DNA of 64,000 bases from Bacillota bacterium (GTDB lineage: Bacteria; Bacillota; SHA-98; Ch115; JABLXJ01): positions 63-64,062 of the forward strand of contig DUMQ01000058.1 in NCBI GenBank assembly GCA_012839815.1, read 5' to 3'. The notes beneath the pieces were generated by a model, which saw nothing but the letters and a program-made list of their open reading frames with translations, made no database searches and was not told the DNA's origin. Positions within the stretch are counted from its first letter, which is position 1, and every line of letters begins with the position of its first letter. Shown piece by piece: positions 47,629 to 57,434 of the stretch. A program made the position numbers and the translations under genes.

Positions 47629-49689
47629 TTATTTCTCGACGCCGATCTTACCATCAACGACCGTCGGGACGATCTCAACACCGCGGCCGTCTCTCAATTG
47701 TAACCTCGCCAACCAAATATTCGATACCCCCGGGGCCTTCGCCCTGAAGTTTACCGTGCAGAGCGTGCCCCAGGCACTCAGGGGCGAAGTGACCTCCCCC
47801 CTTATCCCCTTTATCACCCCTTTCGAATTATCTATTACCCCCTCATCCCATTTTGAAAGGCGACCGTTCTCCACAAACAGGGTCCCCCTTGACACACTCA
47901 CGGCCTCAAGGAACCTGGGATCATAGGAGACGCTTATATCTGAACTCTTGAAGCCCGCTATATTCGTCGCCATTATATCAACAGAGAAAAACTCCCCCGC
48001 CTTCACGGTCCCGGAGTCCGGAATGACTCTGACCTTTGGCACCAGCTCAGGCACGCCTATGGTACCGGCGGAGGTGGACGGCTCAGCGCTCGGGGACTCA
48101 ACCTTCATCTTATACTTGAAATCCCCCTTCCCCCCTGCGGGGACCAGCTGCCAGGTGACATTGCACTCCTCGCCGGGCTCCAGTGATCCAAGCAATTTCG
48201 CGGGTTTCTCCCGCAGCGCCGGTGCCAATCCCTGGTCCGGTAGAATCGTAGCTTTAAGGCCATATGCAGGCGCATCACCAACATTCTTGATCGTTCCGGT
48301 CACCTTGAAGGGGCTGGGATGGTACCTCTCATCCTTTATCCCGAGCGTCGCCGGGCCTGAGAGCCTCGCCCAAAGCCGGGCAGGCGCCAGTATCTTGACC
48401 GTCCGTTCAACCTGGTTGTCCTCGACATTCTCAGCGGTTACCTTGACCGTATAAGTCAGAGTGGTGCCGGGTTGCGCCCAGGGTTCAATATTCCATACTA
48501 CCTGGCTCGTGGCTCCCCCCGGCAAGTTGCCGAGCTGCCGGTCGCGCGACTGGCCCTCAACCAGGCTGAGCCCCTCGGGAAGCTGGATGGACACCTTCAC
48601 CTTATATGCCTCCGCATCGCCCGCATTTTCAACGTAGCAAATAACGGGAAATGACGACGGCTGGCCCTTCCCCCTGACAACCTCCGCAGGAGAGGTAACT
48701 CCTATGGAGATGGTGCCCTTAGCGATAGAAATCCCTCCGAGCCCGTAAAGCGTAACATATTCCCTCTCCTCACCGGGTCCCAGCGGTCTGGGATCCCAGA
48801 AAAGGGCAACTGCGCTGTCCAGTTCATATTCACCCTCGCGGGTGAAGTCCCTCCCTGGTTGAAAATGAAAATCCCAGGCCCCGTCTGCAAGGCTGCCCCA
48901 GTTGGTCATGAAAACCTTGTCGGGCGGCGTGGCCCCACCCCCCCTTAAGGTCCCCTGCGACGTGACCTCAGGGTTGCCGAGCGAGTCAAAGGCCTGCCAG
49001 AAATCCGGCACGGCTTTGCCCTCATACACGGTATCCGTGGTTACGGCGGTTTCCCCGACCCTCAGGGGAGCGCCGTCATTCGAACCAAGCATTGTGTCAA
49101 GGACAATCCTCAACCCCACCTCATGGGACGAGGTCCCGTTGTTGGCCACGATATACCTGATCTCTACTGTGTCGAAGAGGCCGCTCGTCACGCTGCGCAC
49201 GGGTCGTAGCCGCTGCGTTACCTCAATATCGCCGAAACCCCACGTCGCCGCTATTGCATTGCCATTATCTATATGCGGCGGTTTGAGACACTTGCCGTAG
49301 TCCGCGCTGGCTCCCGCACGCTTCTCCGTGGGCCCGCCGAAGCAGTACGTCTTGTCATCAATCCTCACCGTCGTATATGATGTCCACGGCTTCGGCCTCC
49401 CGTAGATCAAAGGCTTGCTATCATCCTTGGGGTTCTCAGGGTCACCCCCTGTGGTATCCACGGCGAAGCGGCCCATCGCATCGTCATCCATATTCACGAA
49501 TATCTTGATATAGTCGTTTGACAGGGCAAGGTTAGGTGTTTGAGTCTCGCTCACGGGACCTTTTCCTTCAGCGCTGCACAACGTCGTCGCCCGCGGGCAA
49601 AAGAAAACCGCGACCGAGACGGCCAGCCCCAACAAGAGCAGGGCCCCGCTCTTCCCCGATCTAGCGACGAAACCTCCCACCATCATCAC
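47629..49689 (-). CDS. Large secreted protein with CARDB/Ig-like repeats and a cohesin-like C-terminal module
   Basis: It has a signal peptide, two CARDB-like beta-sandwich segments (...VENAGDAEAYKVKVSIQLPEGLSLV...; ...GTIKNVGDAPAYGLKATILPD...) and a C-terminal region of about 130 aa resembling a cohesin fold. The domain calls are low confidence. Confidence 0.45.
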   Translation of the reverse strand: MMMVGGFVARSGKSGALLLLGLAVSVAVFFCPRATTLCSAEGKGPVSETQTPNLALSNDYIKIFVNMDDDAMGRFAVDTTGGDPENPKDDSKPLIYGRPKPWTSYTTVRIDDKTYCFGGPTEKRAGASADYGKCLKPPHIDNGNAIAATWGFGDIEVTQRLRPVRSVTSGLFDTVEIRYIVANNGTSSHEVGLRIVLDTMLGSNDGAPLRVGETAVTTDTVYEGKAVPDFWQAFDSLGNPEVTSQGTLRGGGATPPDKVFMTNWGSLADGAWDFHFQPGRDFTREGEYELDSAVALFWDPRPLGPGEEREYVTLYGLGGISIAKGTISIGVTSPAEVVRGKGQPSSFPVICYVENAGDAEAYKVKVSIQLPEGLSLVEGQSRDRQLGNLPGGATSQVVWNIEPWAQPGTTLTYTVKVTAENVEDNQVERTVKILAPARLWARLSGPATLGIKDERYHPSPFKVTGTIKNVGDAPAYGLKATILPDQGLAPALREKPAKLLGSLEPGEECNVTWQLVPAGGKGDFKYKMKVESPSAEPSTSAGTIGVPELVPKVRVIPDSGTVKAGEFFSVDIMATNIAGFKSSDISVSYDPRFLEAVSVSRGTLFVENGRLSKWDEGVIDNSKGVIKGIRGEVTSPLSAWGTLCTVNFRAKAPGVSNIWLARLQLRDGRGVEIVPTVVDGKIGVEK

Positions 49690-49709
49690 CCCTCGACCGC
49701 TCTTCTAAC

Positions 49710-50687
49710 TTAGCTCGCAACTTTGACCCCGCCAAACGTGACCGTGACCCGCCCCCCGGCGAATGAAACCCTTACTTTCACGCTATAAGGCTTCCCGATG
49801 GGGCGGAAGGTCCAGGCCGAACTAACGGTCCTTTTGGATATTTCATTTAGCCTCTCATCGTCTGCAGACCCGATGACATCTATGCCTTCTATGTTGCCAT
49901 CCGAGCCGACCCGGACCCTCAGGTCGACGCTGCCCTCAACCCCCTCATTCTGGGCATTCTTAGGATAAACGGGAGGTAAACCCCGGACGACAAGGGATTC
50001 TCCCGTGCCGTAATCAGCACCCCCCGCGCCAGCCGGACCTCCGGACTGCCCCCCCTGGCTACCCGGCGCGCCCCTGCCCTCGGCAGGTTGGCCCACCGGC
50101 GCAGAAGCCGTGGAATTCCCGGTCTCACCTGTTTTACCGGCTTCGGTCGCGGCTCCTGGGGCTACCTGGTCTACGGCGGCAGGTGTTGTAGCCCGCGCAA
50201 GCTTCGCGGGAGCCTCACCCCTGGCATCCGGCTGCTCAGGATGGGATTGGGATACCACGACCTTTTCGTCGCTATTCTCGGATGTAAGCACACGCGCATC
50301 GTGTTGAGGCGCGACCCTTGAAGCCGGGGCCTTGGCTTCCGCCCTGACCGGCGCAGGTGGCGGCGCGGTCCCCTTCTTATCAATCTCCTTGTCCGCTAAG
50401 ACGGTCTTGGCCTTTGCCGCCATATAGGGCTGCGCATCTGGCTTGCCCTGCCTCACCACGGGCCTGCCGTGCCTCGGCTCTGAAAAGGTTTGCGATATCT
50501 CCCCAAATTCTACGGGATAGAGGGCAACCTGCTCCGTCTCCCAGACAGGTATAAGCCAGATCAAGAGGGCGTGAATGACGATGGAAACGAGAATAGCTAC
50601 GGGAAGGCTATCCCCCTCGAATCTTTCTTTTGGCCTCGGGATATTCAGTCTCATTGGGCTACACCAACCTGTACAGGCCTTTTGCAT
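49710..50687 (-). CDS. tonB: TonB-family energy transducer (TM anchor, Pro/Ala-rich linker, TonB C-terminal domain)
   Basis: It has an N-terminal TM (LPVAILVSIVIHALLIWLI) and a Pro/Ala-rich spacer. The C-terminal domain LPPVYPKNAQNEGVEGSVDLRVRVGSDGNIEGIDVIGSAD matches TonB_C. Confidence 0.75.
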   Translation of the reverse strand: MQKACTGWCSPMRLNIPRPKERFEGDSLPVAILVSIVIHALLIWLIPVWETEQVALYPVEFGEISQTFSEPRHGRPVVRQGKPDAQPYMAAKAKTVLADKEIDKKGTAPPPAPVRAEAKAPASRVAPQHDARVLTSENSDEKVVVSQSHPEQPDARGEAPAKLARATTPAAVDQVAPGAATEAGKTGETGNSTASAPVGQPAEGRGAPGSQGGQSGGPAGAGGADYGTGESLVVRGLPPVYPKNAQNEGVEGSVDLRVRVGSDGNIEGIDVIGSADDERLNEISKRTVSSAWTFRPIGKPYSVKVRVSFAGGRVTVTFGGVKVAS

Positions 50688-50733
50688 GGCTTTCCACCAG
50701 GCCAGTTCCTATAGAGCTCCTACGGTCAGGGGA

Positions 50734-51138
50734 TCAGCTGGGTCTCTCCGCGGCGAGCGCGACCCGCGTGGCCCCAACCCTCCTGACCGCGTCCATCACT
50801 TCTATTAGTTTCGCATACCTCACATCCCTGTCAGCCTTTATGATGACAAGGCTGTCACGGTTCCTCGCGATCTGCTGCCTGACCTTTTGCTGCAGGCCAT
50901 CTACCGTGGTGCGGGTATCATTAAAGTATACGTTGCCTCCCACATCAATCGTGACCGTGATCCGGGTCGTCTCCTGTTTCGTCGCGGTTACAGCCGCAGG
51001 GAGCTTCACCTTTAGACCCATGGGACTCGCCCGGAAGGTCGTGAAGAGAATAAAGAACACTATAAGGAAGGTCATCACATCAACCATCGGCACCATTTCA
51101 ATTCGAGGCTTCTTTTTGGAGTTGCGATGGAACATCAT
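50734..51138 (-). CDS. exbD: Biopolymer transport protein ExbD/TolR
   Basis: PRIEMVPMVDVMTFLIVFFIL plus a periplasmic domain of the ExbD/TolR family are present. Confidence 0.85.
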   Translation of the reverse strand: MMFHRNSKKKPRIEMVPMVDVMTFLIVFFILFTTFRASPMGLKVKLPAAVTATKQETTRITVTIDVGGNVYFNDTRTTVDGLQQKVRQQIARNRDSLVIIKADRDVRYAKLIEVMDAVRRVGATRVALAAERPS

Positions 51139-51751
51139 CGCGCTTCACCTCGGACGACAAAATGTCGAGCAAATCTGTGGAAAACTCGTCCATCTCAAGT
51201 ATGCGTCTATCGATAATGCTGACAATATACGTATGAAAGGCGAGCGTCGGCACTGCAATTATGAGGCCTGCAGCAGTTGTTATCAGTGCTTCGGCTATCC
51301 CGCTGCTGAGCTGGCTGGGCTCCAGTATTTGGGGAGAGGTCGCGAGGATCTTGAAGCTCTTGATAATGCCCGTAACGGTTCCCAGGAGGCCGAGGAGGGG
51401 TGAGATAGTGACAAGCATATCGAGCACAGAGACCCTCCTCTCCATCTTATATACTTCTTTCTCGCCCGCAGCCTTCATAGCCGCTTCGATCTCCTCGCGT
51501 CCCTTACCATAGCTGAGCAATGCCGCGGACATGAGGCTCCCGATTTGCCCCCGGAATTTCTCCACAGCGGCGATAGCATCCCCTATCTTGCCATGTTCAA
51601 GAGCGAGGGTAACGGCCTGCAGGGCACGCTCGGGATCACTCCTTGTCCTCCAGAGATAGTAGATGCGTTCAAACGTAATTGCCAGAGACAGCACCGAGCA
51701 TATGAGCAACGGAATCATAACCGGCCCGCCTTTAATTAGCACGTCAACCAT
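51098..51751 (-). CDS. exbB: MotA/TolQ/ExbB proton-channel protein
   Basis: It has three TMs, and the conserved segment ...LGLLGTVTGIIKSF...GIAEALITTAAGLIIAVP of the ExbB/TolQ family is present. Confidence 0.85.
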   Translation of the reverse strand: MVDVLIKGGPVMIPLLICSVLSLAITFERIYYLWRTRSDPERALQAVTLALEHGKIGDAIAAVEKFRGQIGSLMSAALLSYGKGREEIEAAMKAAGEKEVYKMERRVSVLDMLVTISPLLGLLGTVTGIIKSFKILATSPQILEPSQLSSGIAEALITTAAGLIIAVPTLAFHTYIVSIIDRRILEMDEFSTDLLDILSSEVKRDDVPSQLQKEASN

Positions 51752-51904
51752 TCAAAACCCCCCACCATTCCCATCCTTATCCTGATAGATCCTTCAAGCG
51801 AGGCCTTTAAGTCAGGCCCTTACGATCCATGGCTCGCAACCTCGCTAAACTGTTTCTTCGACATATCCCCGGGAGATTCCTGCAAAAGTGGCAAATTACG
51901 CTAC

Positions 51905-51950
51905 AAATCGAAAAGCGGGCCGGAGGTCCCGTCCCGGCCCCCGGCCCGCC
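51905..51950 (-). terminator. Rho-independent terminator of the gdh gene
   Basis: The minus strand has a GCGGGCCGG...CCGGCCCGC GC-rich hairpin followed by TTTTCGATTTG. Confidence 0.6.
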
Positions 51951-51985
51951 CCTTGCCGGCATACTCTTACCGGCATACTACGATA

Positions 51986-53254
51986 TTACGGGTATATGCC
52001 CCTCACTCTTATGGCGTCTGCCACTCGCCTGATGGCCACCATGTAGGCTGCTTCGCGCATGTGGACTCCCTGCTGTTTCGCAACACTGAATACATCCTCG
52101 AAGCTTCGCGTCATGATAAGCTCAAGCCGCTTATTGACCTTCTCCTCCGGCCAGTAGGATGACTGGAGGTTCTGAACCCACTCGAAATACGAGACAGTGA
52201 CCCCGCCTGCGTTCGCAAGGATGTCGGGGATGACTGTCACCCCACGCTCAAAGAGTATCCGGTCGGCCTCGGGTGTCGTTGGGCCGTTTGCGGCTTCCGC
52301 AACTATCCTGGCCTTGACGCGCGAGGCATTCGCCCCGGTCAACTGGTTCTCGAGCGCGGCCGGGATGAGAATGTCGCAATCGAGCTCGAGCAGATCCTCG
52401 TTTGAGATGTCTTCGCCACCCTCCGCACCGACGACGGTTCCAACCCGCTCTTTATGCGCTATAACTTTGGGGATGGCAAGGCCGTTAGGGTTGAATATAC
52501 CACCCTTCGAGTCGCTCACCGCTACGACCTTACACCCTCCCTCGAAGAAGAGCCTTGCAGCAATCGAGCCCGCGTTCCCGAACCCCTGAATTGCAACCCT
52601 GGCCCCGGCCAGCGGGATGTTGAGGTTCCTGCATGCTTCACGCACCACGAAAAAGACGCCGCGGGCCGTCGCCTCGTTGCGCCCTGCTGATCCCCCTATT
52701 GCAAGGGGCTTTCCGGTAACAACGGCTGGCACCGGCTCACCCACATGCATGCTGTATGTATCCATGATCCAGGCCATCGTCTGGGCGTTCGTGTAGACAT
52801 CGGGCGCCGGGATGTCCCGCGTCGGCCCTATTATCGCGCTGAGTTCCGTAGTAAATCGACGCGTGAGACGCTCAATCTCTGAAGCCGACATCTCCTTGGG
52901 ATTGCATATAACACCACCCTTGCCGCCGCCAAAGGGGATGCCTACAGTCGCACACTTCCAGGTCATCCACATGGCTAAAGCCTTGACTTCCTCTAATGTG
53001 ACATCCGGGTGAAACCTGATGCCGCCCTTGGCCGGTCCCCTGGCTGTGCTGTGCTGGGCCCGGAATCCATGGAAGACTCTTATGCTGCCATCATCCATCT
53101 TTACCGGAAAAGAGACATGGAGGACCCTCTCAGGATATCGCATGATCTCCTTTATGCCCTCATCTATGTCCATCTTCTTCACAACGCTGTCATACTGATA
53201 CTGGGCTATCTCGAACGGATTGAACTGTTTACTGCTCTTAGCCTCTGGTACCAT
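51986..53254 (-). CDS. gdhA: Glutamate dehydrogenase (Glu/Leu/Phe/Val dehydrogenase family)
   Basis: The catalytic Lys region GGGKGGI and the NAD(P) Rossmann motif GFGNAGS are present. ATG 53254 follows GGGAGAGGGAAAAG. Confidence 0.9.
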   Translation of the reverse strand: MVPEAKSSKQFNPFEIAQYQYDSVVKKMDIDEGIKEIMRYPERVLHVSFPVKMDDGSIRVFHGFRAQHSTARGPAKGGIRFHPDVTLEEVKALAMWMTWKCATVGIPFGGGKGGVICNPKEMSASEIERLTRRFTTELSAIIGPTRDIPAPDVYTNAQTMAWIMDTYSMHVGEPVPAVVTGKPLAIGGSAGRNEATARGVFFVVREACRNLNIPLAGARVAIQGFGNAGSIAARLFFEGGCKVVAVSDSKGGIFNPNGLAIPKVIAHKERVGTVVGAEGGEDISNEDLLELDCDILIPAALENQLTGANASRVKARIVAEAANGPTTPEADRILFERGVTVIPDILANAGGVTVSYFEWVQNLQSSYWPEEKVNKRLELIMTRSFEDVFSVAKQQGVHMREAAYMVAIRRVADAIRVRGIYP

Positions 53255-53370
53255 CGTCTTCTTTTCCCTCTCCCTCGATAACTCGTCCCTCAATGATTAT
53301 CTCTACATCTCCAAAATAGAACCAGATAACCAGGACCAGGTACCATACCATGTACCATCAGAAGGTCCCA

Positions 53371-54744
53371 TCAATCAGTTGATCCATGCCGGTCACCGCG
53401 TCCCCCCGCTATCACCTCCCCTACAAGGTCATAGTCACCCGCCTGAGTTATCTTTACTTTTCTTATCTCTCCGGCAGGCGGGCGATCATTACCAATGTAT
53501 ATCAACCCGTCGACCTCGGGAGCCTCCGCCTGAGACCGGCCTACTGTCAAGAGCTCGCTCTCGGGCGCCCTTCCATCAATCAGGACGTCCAGCACGCGCC
53601 CGACCTTTCCCTCGTTTTTCTCGCGTGAGATGCGCCGGGCCAGCTCCATAACCCTGCGGTAACGTTCCTCCTTGATATCCTCTGGCACGCTACCAGGCAT
53701 CTCGGCTGCAGCTGTGCCTTCCTCAGGCGAATATTTGAAAACCCCAATTCTATCAAACCTTGTGTCCCGGATGAAATCCAAGAGCCTCGAGAACGCAGCC
53801 TCGGTTTCGCCGGGGAAACCAACTATGAATGAACTCCGCAGAGTAACCTCCGGGATATCCCGCTTCAACCTGGCTATGAGATCCTCTATCTCTCGCGGTC
53901 CGGGCTTCCGGTTCATTCGCCTCAGTATCTCCCCGTCGATATGCTGCAGTGGTATGTCGATGTACTTGCAGATCTTGCTCTCCGTGGCAACCGTCTCTAT
54001 GAGTTCATCCGTAAACCCGGTTGGATGGGTATACAAAAAACGGGCCCAGGTGAGGCCGTCGATCCTGGCGAGTTTACGCAACAAGGATGCAAGGGAGGGC
54101 TTGCCGTATAAATCCAGACCGTACCTGGTTGTATCCTGCGCGATCAAGATCAACTCCTTGACTCCACGGTCTACCAGGACCCGGGCCTCTTCAATAACGG
54201 ATTCCATCGTCCTGCTCCTGAACCTGCCCCGGATTGCCGGGATCACGCAATAAGAACAGCGATTCTCGCACCCTTCGGCGATCTTTAGATAGGCCACATG
54301 CCCGGGGGTTGAGAGGAGCCGCGGCATCCTGTGATCATACAGGAATTCGGGCACGCCGACTGCAAATACCCGTTCGCCGCTCAGGACCCGGTCCACTATC
54401 CCGGCAATCCCGTTAAACTCCCCCGTACCCACGACCGCATCGATTTCAGGCATCTCATCGAGGAGCTCGCGTCCATATCTTTGCGAGAGGCAGCCTGTAA
54501 CTACCAAGGCCTTACAGTTTCCCGCTTCCTTCCACCTCGCGAGCTCGAGAATAGTATCGATAGCCTCCTCCTTTGCAGGCTCTATAAATCCGCATGTGTT
54601 GACTATCAACACATCGGCCTCTTGTTCGTTTGCTACTATGTTGTAACCGGCTTCCTTCAAGAGACCGAGCATGATCTCGGCATCGACGAGGTTCTTCGCG
54701 CACCCGAGGGAAACCATCCCGACATTCAATGGACCTTCCTCCAT
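53371..54744 (-). CDS. rimO: Ribosomal protein S12 methylthiotransferase RimO (MiaB-like radical SAM with TRAM domain)
   Basis: It has the MTTase N-domain (VSLGCAKN), the radical SAM motif CENRCSYC and a C-terminal TRAM. The exact start is uncertain. Confidence 0.85.
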   Translation of the reverse strand: MEEGPLNVGMVSLGCAKNLVDAEIMLGLLKEAGYNIVANEQEADVLIVNTCGFIEPAKEEAIDTILELARWKEAGNCKALVVTGCLSQRYGRELLDEMPEIDAVVGTGEFNGIAGIVDRVLSGERVFAVGVPEFLYDHRMPRLLSTPGHVAYLKIAEGCENRCSYCVIPAIRGRFRSRTMESVIEEARVLVDRGVKELILIAQDTTRYGLDLYGKPSLASLLRKLARIDGLTWARFLYTHPTGFTDELIETVATESKICKYIDIPLQHIDGEILRRMNRKPGPREIEDLIARLKRDIPEVTLRSSFIVGFPGETEAAFSRLLDFIRDTRFDRIGVFKYSPEEGTAAAEMPGSVPEDIKEERYRRVMELARRISREKNEGKVGRVLDVLIDGRAPESELLTVGRSQAEAPEVDGLIYIGNDRPPAGEIRKVKITQAGDYDLVGEVIAGGRGDRHGSTD

Positions 54745-54768
54745 AACAGCACAACCTGAAAAACTGAT

Positions 54769-55644
54769 CTAGGCGCGGCAGATCACGCCCAGAGCGGAAT
54801 GAAACAATTCAAGGTGCAGGTGGTCGCCTGTCATGACCTCCCCGTCCATGTGAAACGGGACGGCCTCCTCCGCCTCCACCAGTATCTCCCGCCCGCGCAG
54901 CATGGTGACCTTCTTGAGCCTTGCATGACTCCCCTTGAAAATCTTGGGGAAATGGTACAGGGCTTCCATGCTTCTCATTTCGCTTACAATGCAGATATCA
55001 AATAAGCCATCGTCCATGATGGCATTCGGTGTAATCCGCATGCCTCCACCATATGTGGGGGCATTTGTCACCGCAACGAGGAGCGGCGTAACATGAATAG
55101 TATTCCCATCCAGCCTTATCTTCATCTTCTTTGTCCTGTAGGTGAATAACACCTTCAGAAGAGCGATGGCATAAACGACGGAGCCTCGCAGGAGAGGTAT
55201 ACTTCGATTCGCCTCGAACGCCACGGTGGCATCAAACCCTATCCCCACAGAGCCGACGAAATAGCGTCCTGCCACCCTTCCAATATCTACCTTTTTAACC
55301 CCTCCCTTCAGGATCAATTCGCAGGCCCTGTTCACATCCCTCGGTATGCCCAGGCCGATCGCGAAGTCGTTGCCAGTGCCGCATGGAATCACACCGAACA
55401 GCACCCCTGTATCAACTATTCCATTTACAACCTCATTGGTCGTGCCGTCTCCTCCTGCGGCCACAACGATATCGCAGCCGCCCGCTGCGGCCTTTCTCGC
55501 AACCTCCACTGCATCGCCGGGAAACCGGGTAACATGGATATCGAAATCCACGCCAGCGTCTCTGAGCTTCTTCTCGATGACCGGAATGGCCTTCCTTCCC
55601 CTGCCTCGTCCGGCCCTTGGATTAACGATAACCTGGATACGCAA
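54769..55644 (-). CDS. Diacylglycerol kinase-family lipid kinase (YegS/DagK)
   Basis: MRIQVIVNPRAGRGRG...VVAAGGDGTTNEVVNG identifies the DAGK catalytic domain. Confidence 0.85.
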   Translation of the reverse strand: MRIQVIVNPRAGRGRGRKAIPVIEKKLRDAGVDFDIHVTRFPGDAVEVARKAAAGGCDIVVAAGGDGTTNEVVNGIVDTGVLFGVIPCGTGNDFAIGLGIPRDVNRACELILKGGVKKVDIGRVAGRYFVGSVGIGFDATVAFEANRSIPLLRGSVVYAIALLKVLFTYRTKKMKIRLDGNTIHVTPLLVAVTNAPTYGGGMRITPNAIMDDGLFDICIVSEMRSMEALYHFPKIFKGSHARLKKVTMLRGREILVEAEEAVPFHMDGEVMTGDHLHLELFHSALGVICRA

Positions 55645-55765
55645 CTCCTTTCCTTGTCCCCTTCCCCCACCGGTATCTACAAGTACGTAGTCTATAGGAA
55701 TTCCCAGCTATTAGCCTCTTTCATATGCCAGCCTATCGTTATATGCTCTTGGCTGCTCTACTACT

Positions 55766-56245
55766 TTACCTGCCTTGTCTCCGGCCACCCAGCAGGAGAA
55801 ATAATCCTGCGACAATCAGGACAACGGGCCAAAAACGCTCAACCCGGATCCAGGGCCAGATATTTACAATAAGGAACCACGCCCCAATAATAATCAAGAT
55901 AATGGCCAGGAACTGCGAGCCACTATCCGGGCGTTGATCCTCAGCGGCCGGCGCTTCACCCGTGCCTGGGCAGGCGTCCGGCCCAGTGGATTCGTGAGGT
56001 GCCTTGTGAGGTGCCTCCTCGTGTGGGACCTCACCTTGCGGGCGTTCCGGGATTATTATCCACGCCACAATGTATGCCAGGATCCCAAAGCCATGTGCAA
56101 GGGCGAGCAAGACCCACAAGAGGCGCATTATCGTCGGGTCAATATCGAAATACTCGGCAAGGCCCCCGCATACACCGCCCAGCATCCGGTCCCGGGTCGA
56201 ACGATAGACACGCTTTGCCAAATGCCTCATCTCCATATCCAGCAT
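55766..56245 (-). CDS. PspC-domain membrane protein
   Basis: RVYRSTRDRMLGGVCGGLAEYFDIDPTIMRLLWVLLAL is a PspC domain. A C-terminal TM follows. The start is uncertain (the track ORF extends to 56347). Confidence 0.75.
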   Translation of the reverse strand: MLDMEMRHLAKRVYRSTRDRMLGGVCGGLAEYFDIDPTIMRLLWVLLALAHGFGILAYIVAWIIIPERPQGEVPHEEAPHKAPHESTGPDACPGTGEAPAAEDQRPDSGSQFLAIILIIIGAWFLIVNIWPWIRVERFWPVVLIVAGLFLLLGGRRQGR

Positions 56246-56419
56246 GGCCAATTCAATGCCGCGCCTCAGTAGGCTGATCAGACAGATCCCCGGCGACGCA
56301 GGCATGGATATAACAATCAAGAGCACGGGACCCGGGCCAAAACCCAACCGACCCGGGGCCGTGCCTCCGATTTCCCACCCATCATGAGCAATAGATAAGC
56401 TTGGTATACACTACTTCAC

Positions 56420-56527
56420 ACTACTTCTTAGAAGAGGACTTGGAACCCGTCTTGGTGGACTCGGCTTCCTTCGTCTGCTTCTTGTCCTCTTCCTTCTTGA
56501 CGTTTTTACCACCACCGCAACGCGCCA
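56420..56527 (-). CDS. Small Lys-rich peptide (35 aa), hypothetical
   Basis: The sequence is MARCGGGKNVKKEEDKKQTKEAESTKTGSKSSSKK, preceded by a strong RBS (GGAGGTGAGG) 4 nt upstream. A TTGCCA-16-TATGGT promoter-like pair lies upstream. It sits 72 nt upstream of the PspC-domain gene and was not in the ORF track (under 60 aa). Confidence 0.45.
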
Positions 56528-56587
56528 TTTACCTCACCTCCCATTCAGCTCACGCTCACGTTTCCCATACATTACCATACCCAAACG

Positions 56588-57322
56588 CTAAAGCCTGGCA
56601 AGAAACCCGCCCGCAATGAAATCGGCAAGGTCCGAAAAGGAACCAACAAAGCTGGCCCTACCGGTGCCAGCGGTCCCCGCATTGTTGTTCCTGATTATAA
56701 GGCAATCCTTGACGAGGAAGGTCCTGATGCCGAGGTTCGCCGCAGGAAGGTCCTCGTCAACATCATTGCCAACCATGAGACATTCCTCAGGCCGGCGGTC
56801 TATGATGTCTAGGATCTCTTCATAATAAGCCTCGTTGGGCTTGCAAAAGTGCATTATCTCATAAGACGTTACCAATTTATATGGAAAATCATCGATACCA
56901 GCCCACCTCAGTCGCTCGCGGATAGCCACTTCAGGGAAAACAGGATTTGTTGCTATTACAACATCAATACCGCTCCTGAGAGTGGTCTCTATTATAGAAC
57001 GCGCCTCAGGGACTGCCTTTACAAACGCCTTGAGGGATCTAAACTCGTTGGCGTAGAACTCATCAAATACCGGCATGAGCCTGGCGGGCTCGATGCCGAT
57101 TTTGGGGAAGAAATCCTCCATAAAAACCTCCCTGTTGGTCCGCGAAGCGTCGGTGTTCCTGACCATGGCCTCCGTGGAGGCGATAAGCTGCCGGATAAAC
57201 CTGTCAGGTGCAACAATGCCCGAAACTTTAGCCGCAAGAGCTTTCAAGTATTGCCCGAGAAAAACATCGGGATCATAATTGAGAAGAGTGCCATCGAGAT
57301 CAAAAAGGATCGCCTTGATCAT
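56588..57322 (-). CDS. HAD-superfamily hydrolase
   Basis: MIKAILFDLDGTLL is HAD motif I, and the downstream HAD motifs are present. Confidence 0.8.
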   Translation of the reverse strand: MIKAILFDLDGTLLNYDPDVFLGQYLKALAAKVSGIVAPDRFIRQLIASTEAMVRNTDASRTNREVFMEDFFPKIGIEPARLMPVFDEFYANEFRSLKAFVKAVPEARSIIETTLRSGIDVVIATNPVFPEVAIRERLRWAGIDDFPYKLVTSYEIMHFCKPNEAYYEEILDIIDRRPEECLMVGNDVDEDLPAANLGIRTFLVKDCLIIRNNNAGTAGTGRASFVGSFSDLADFIAGGFLARL

Positions 57323-57434
57323 CTCTTTCCCCCCGCGGGGCGCAATTAAGATATGCAGTTCTACAAAAACCCCCGAGTTCCTGCTATTAGAATATCCTCA
57401 GGTTCAAATTTGATAACTGGCGGGAGGTTACGTA

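Noticed and set aside
47629-49689. Possibility that the 686-aa secreted protein is a TonB-dependent receptor
   Set aside because: It has no TonB box or plug-like N-terminus and no C-terminal aromatic residue (it ends ...KIGVEK). Its beta-sandwich (Ig/cohesin-like) character fits a cell-surface protein rather than a 22-strand barrel.
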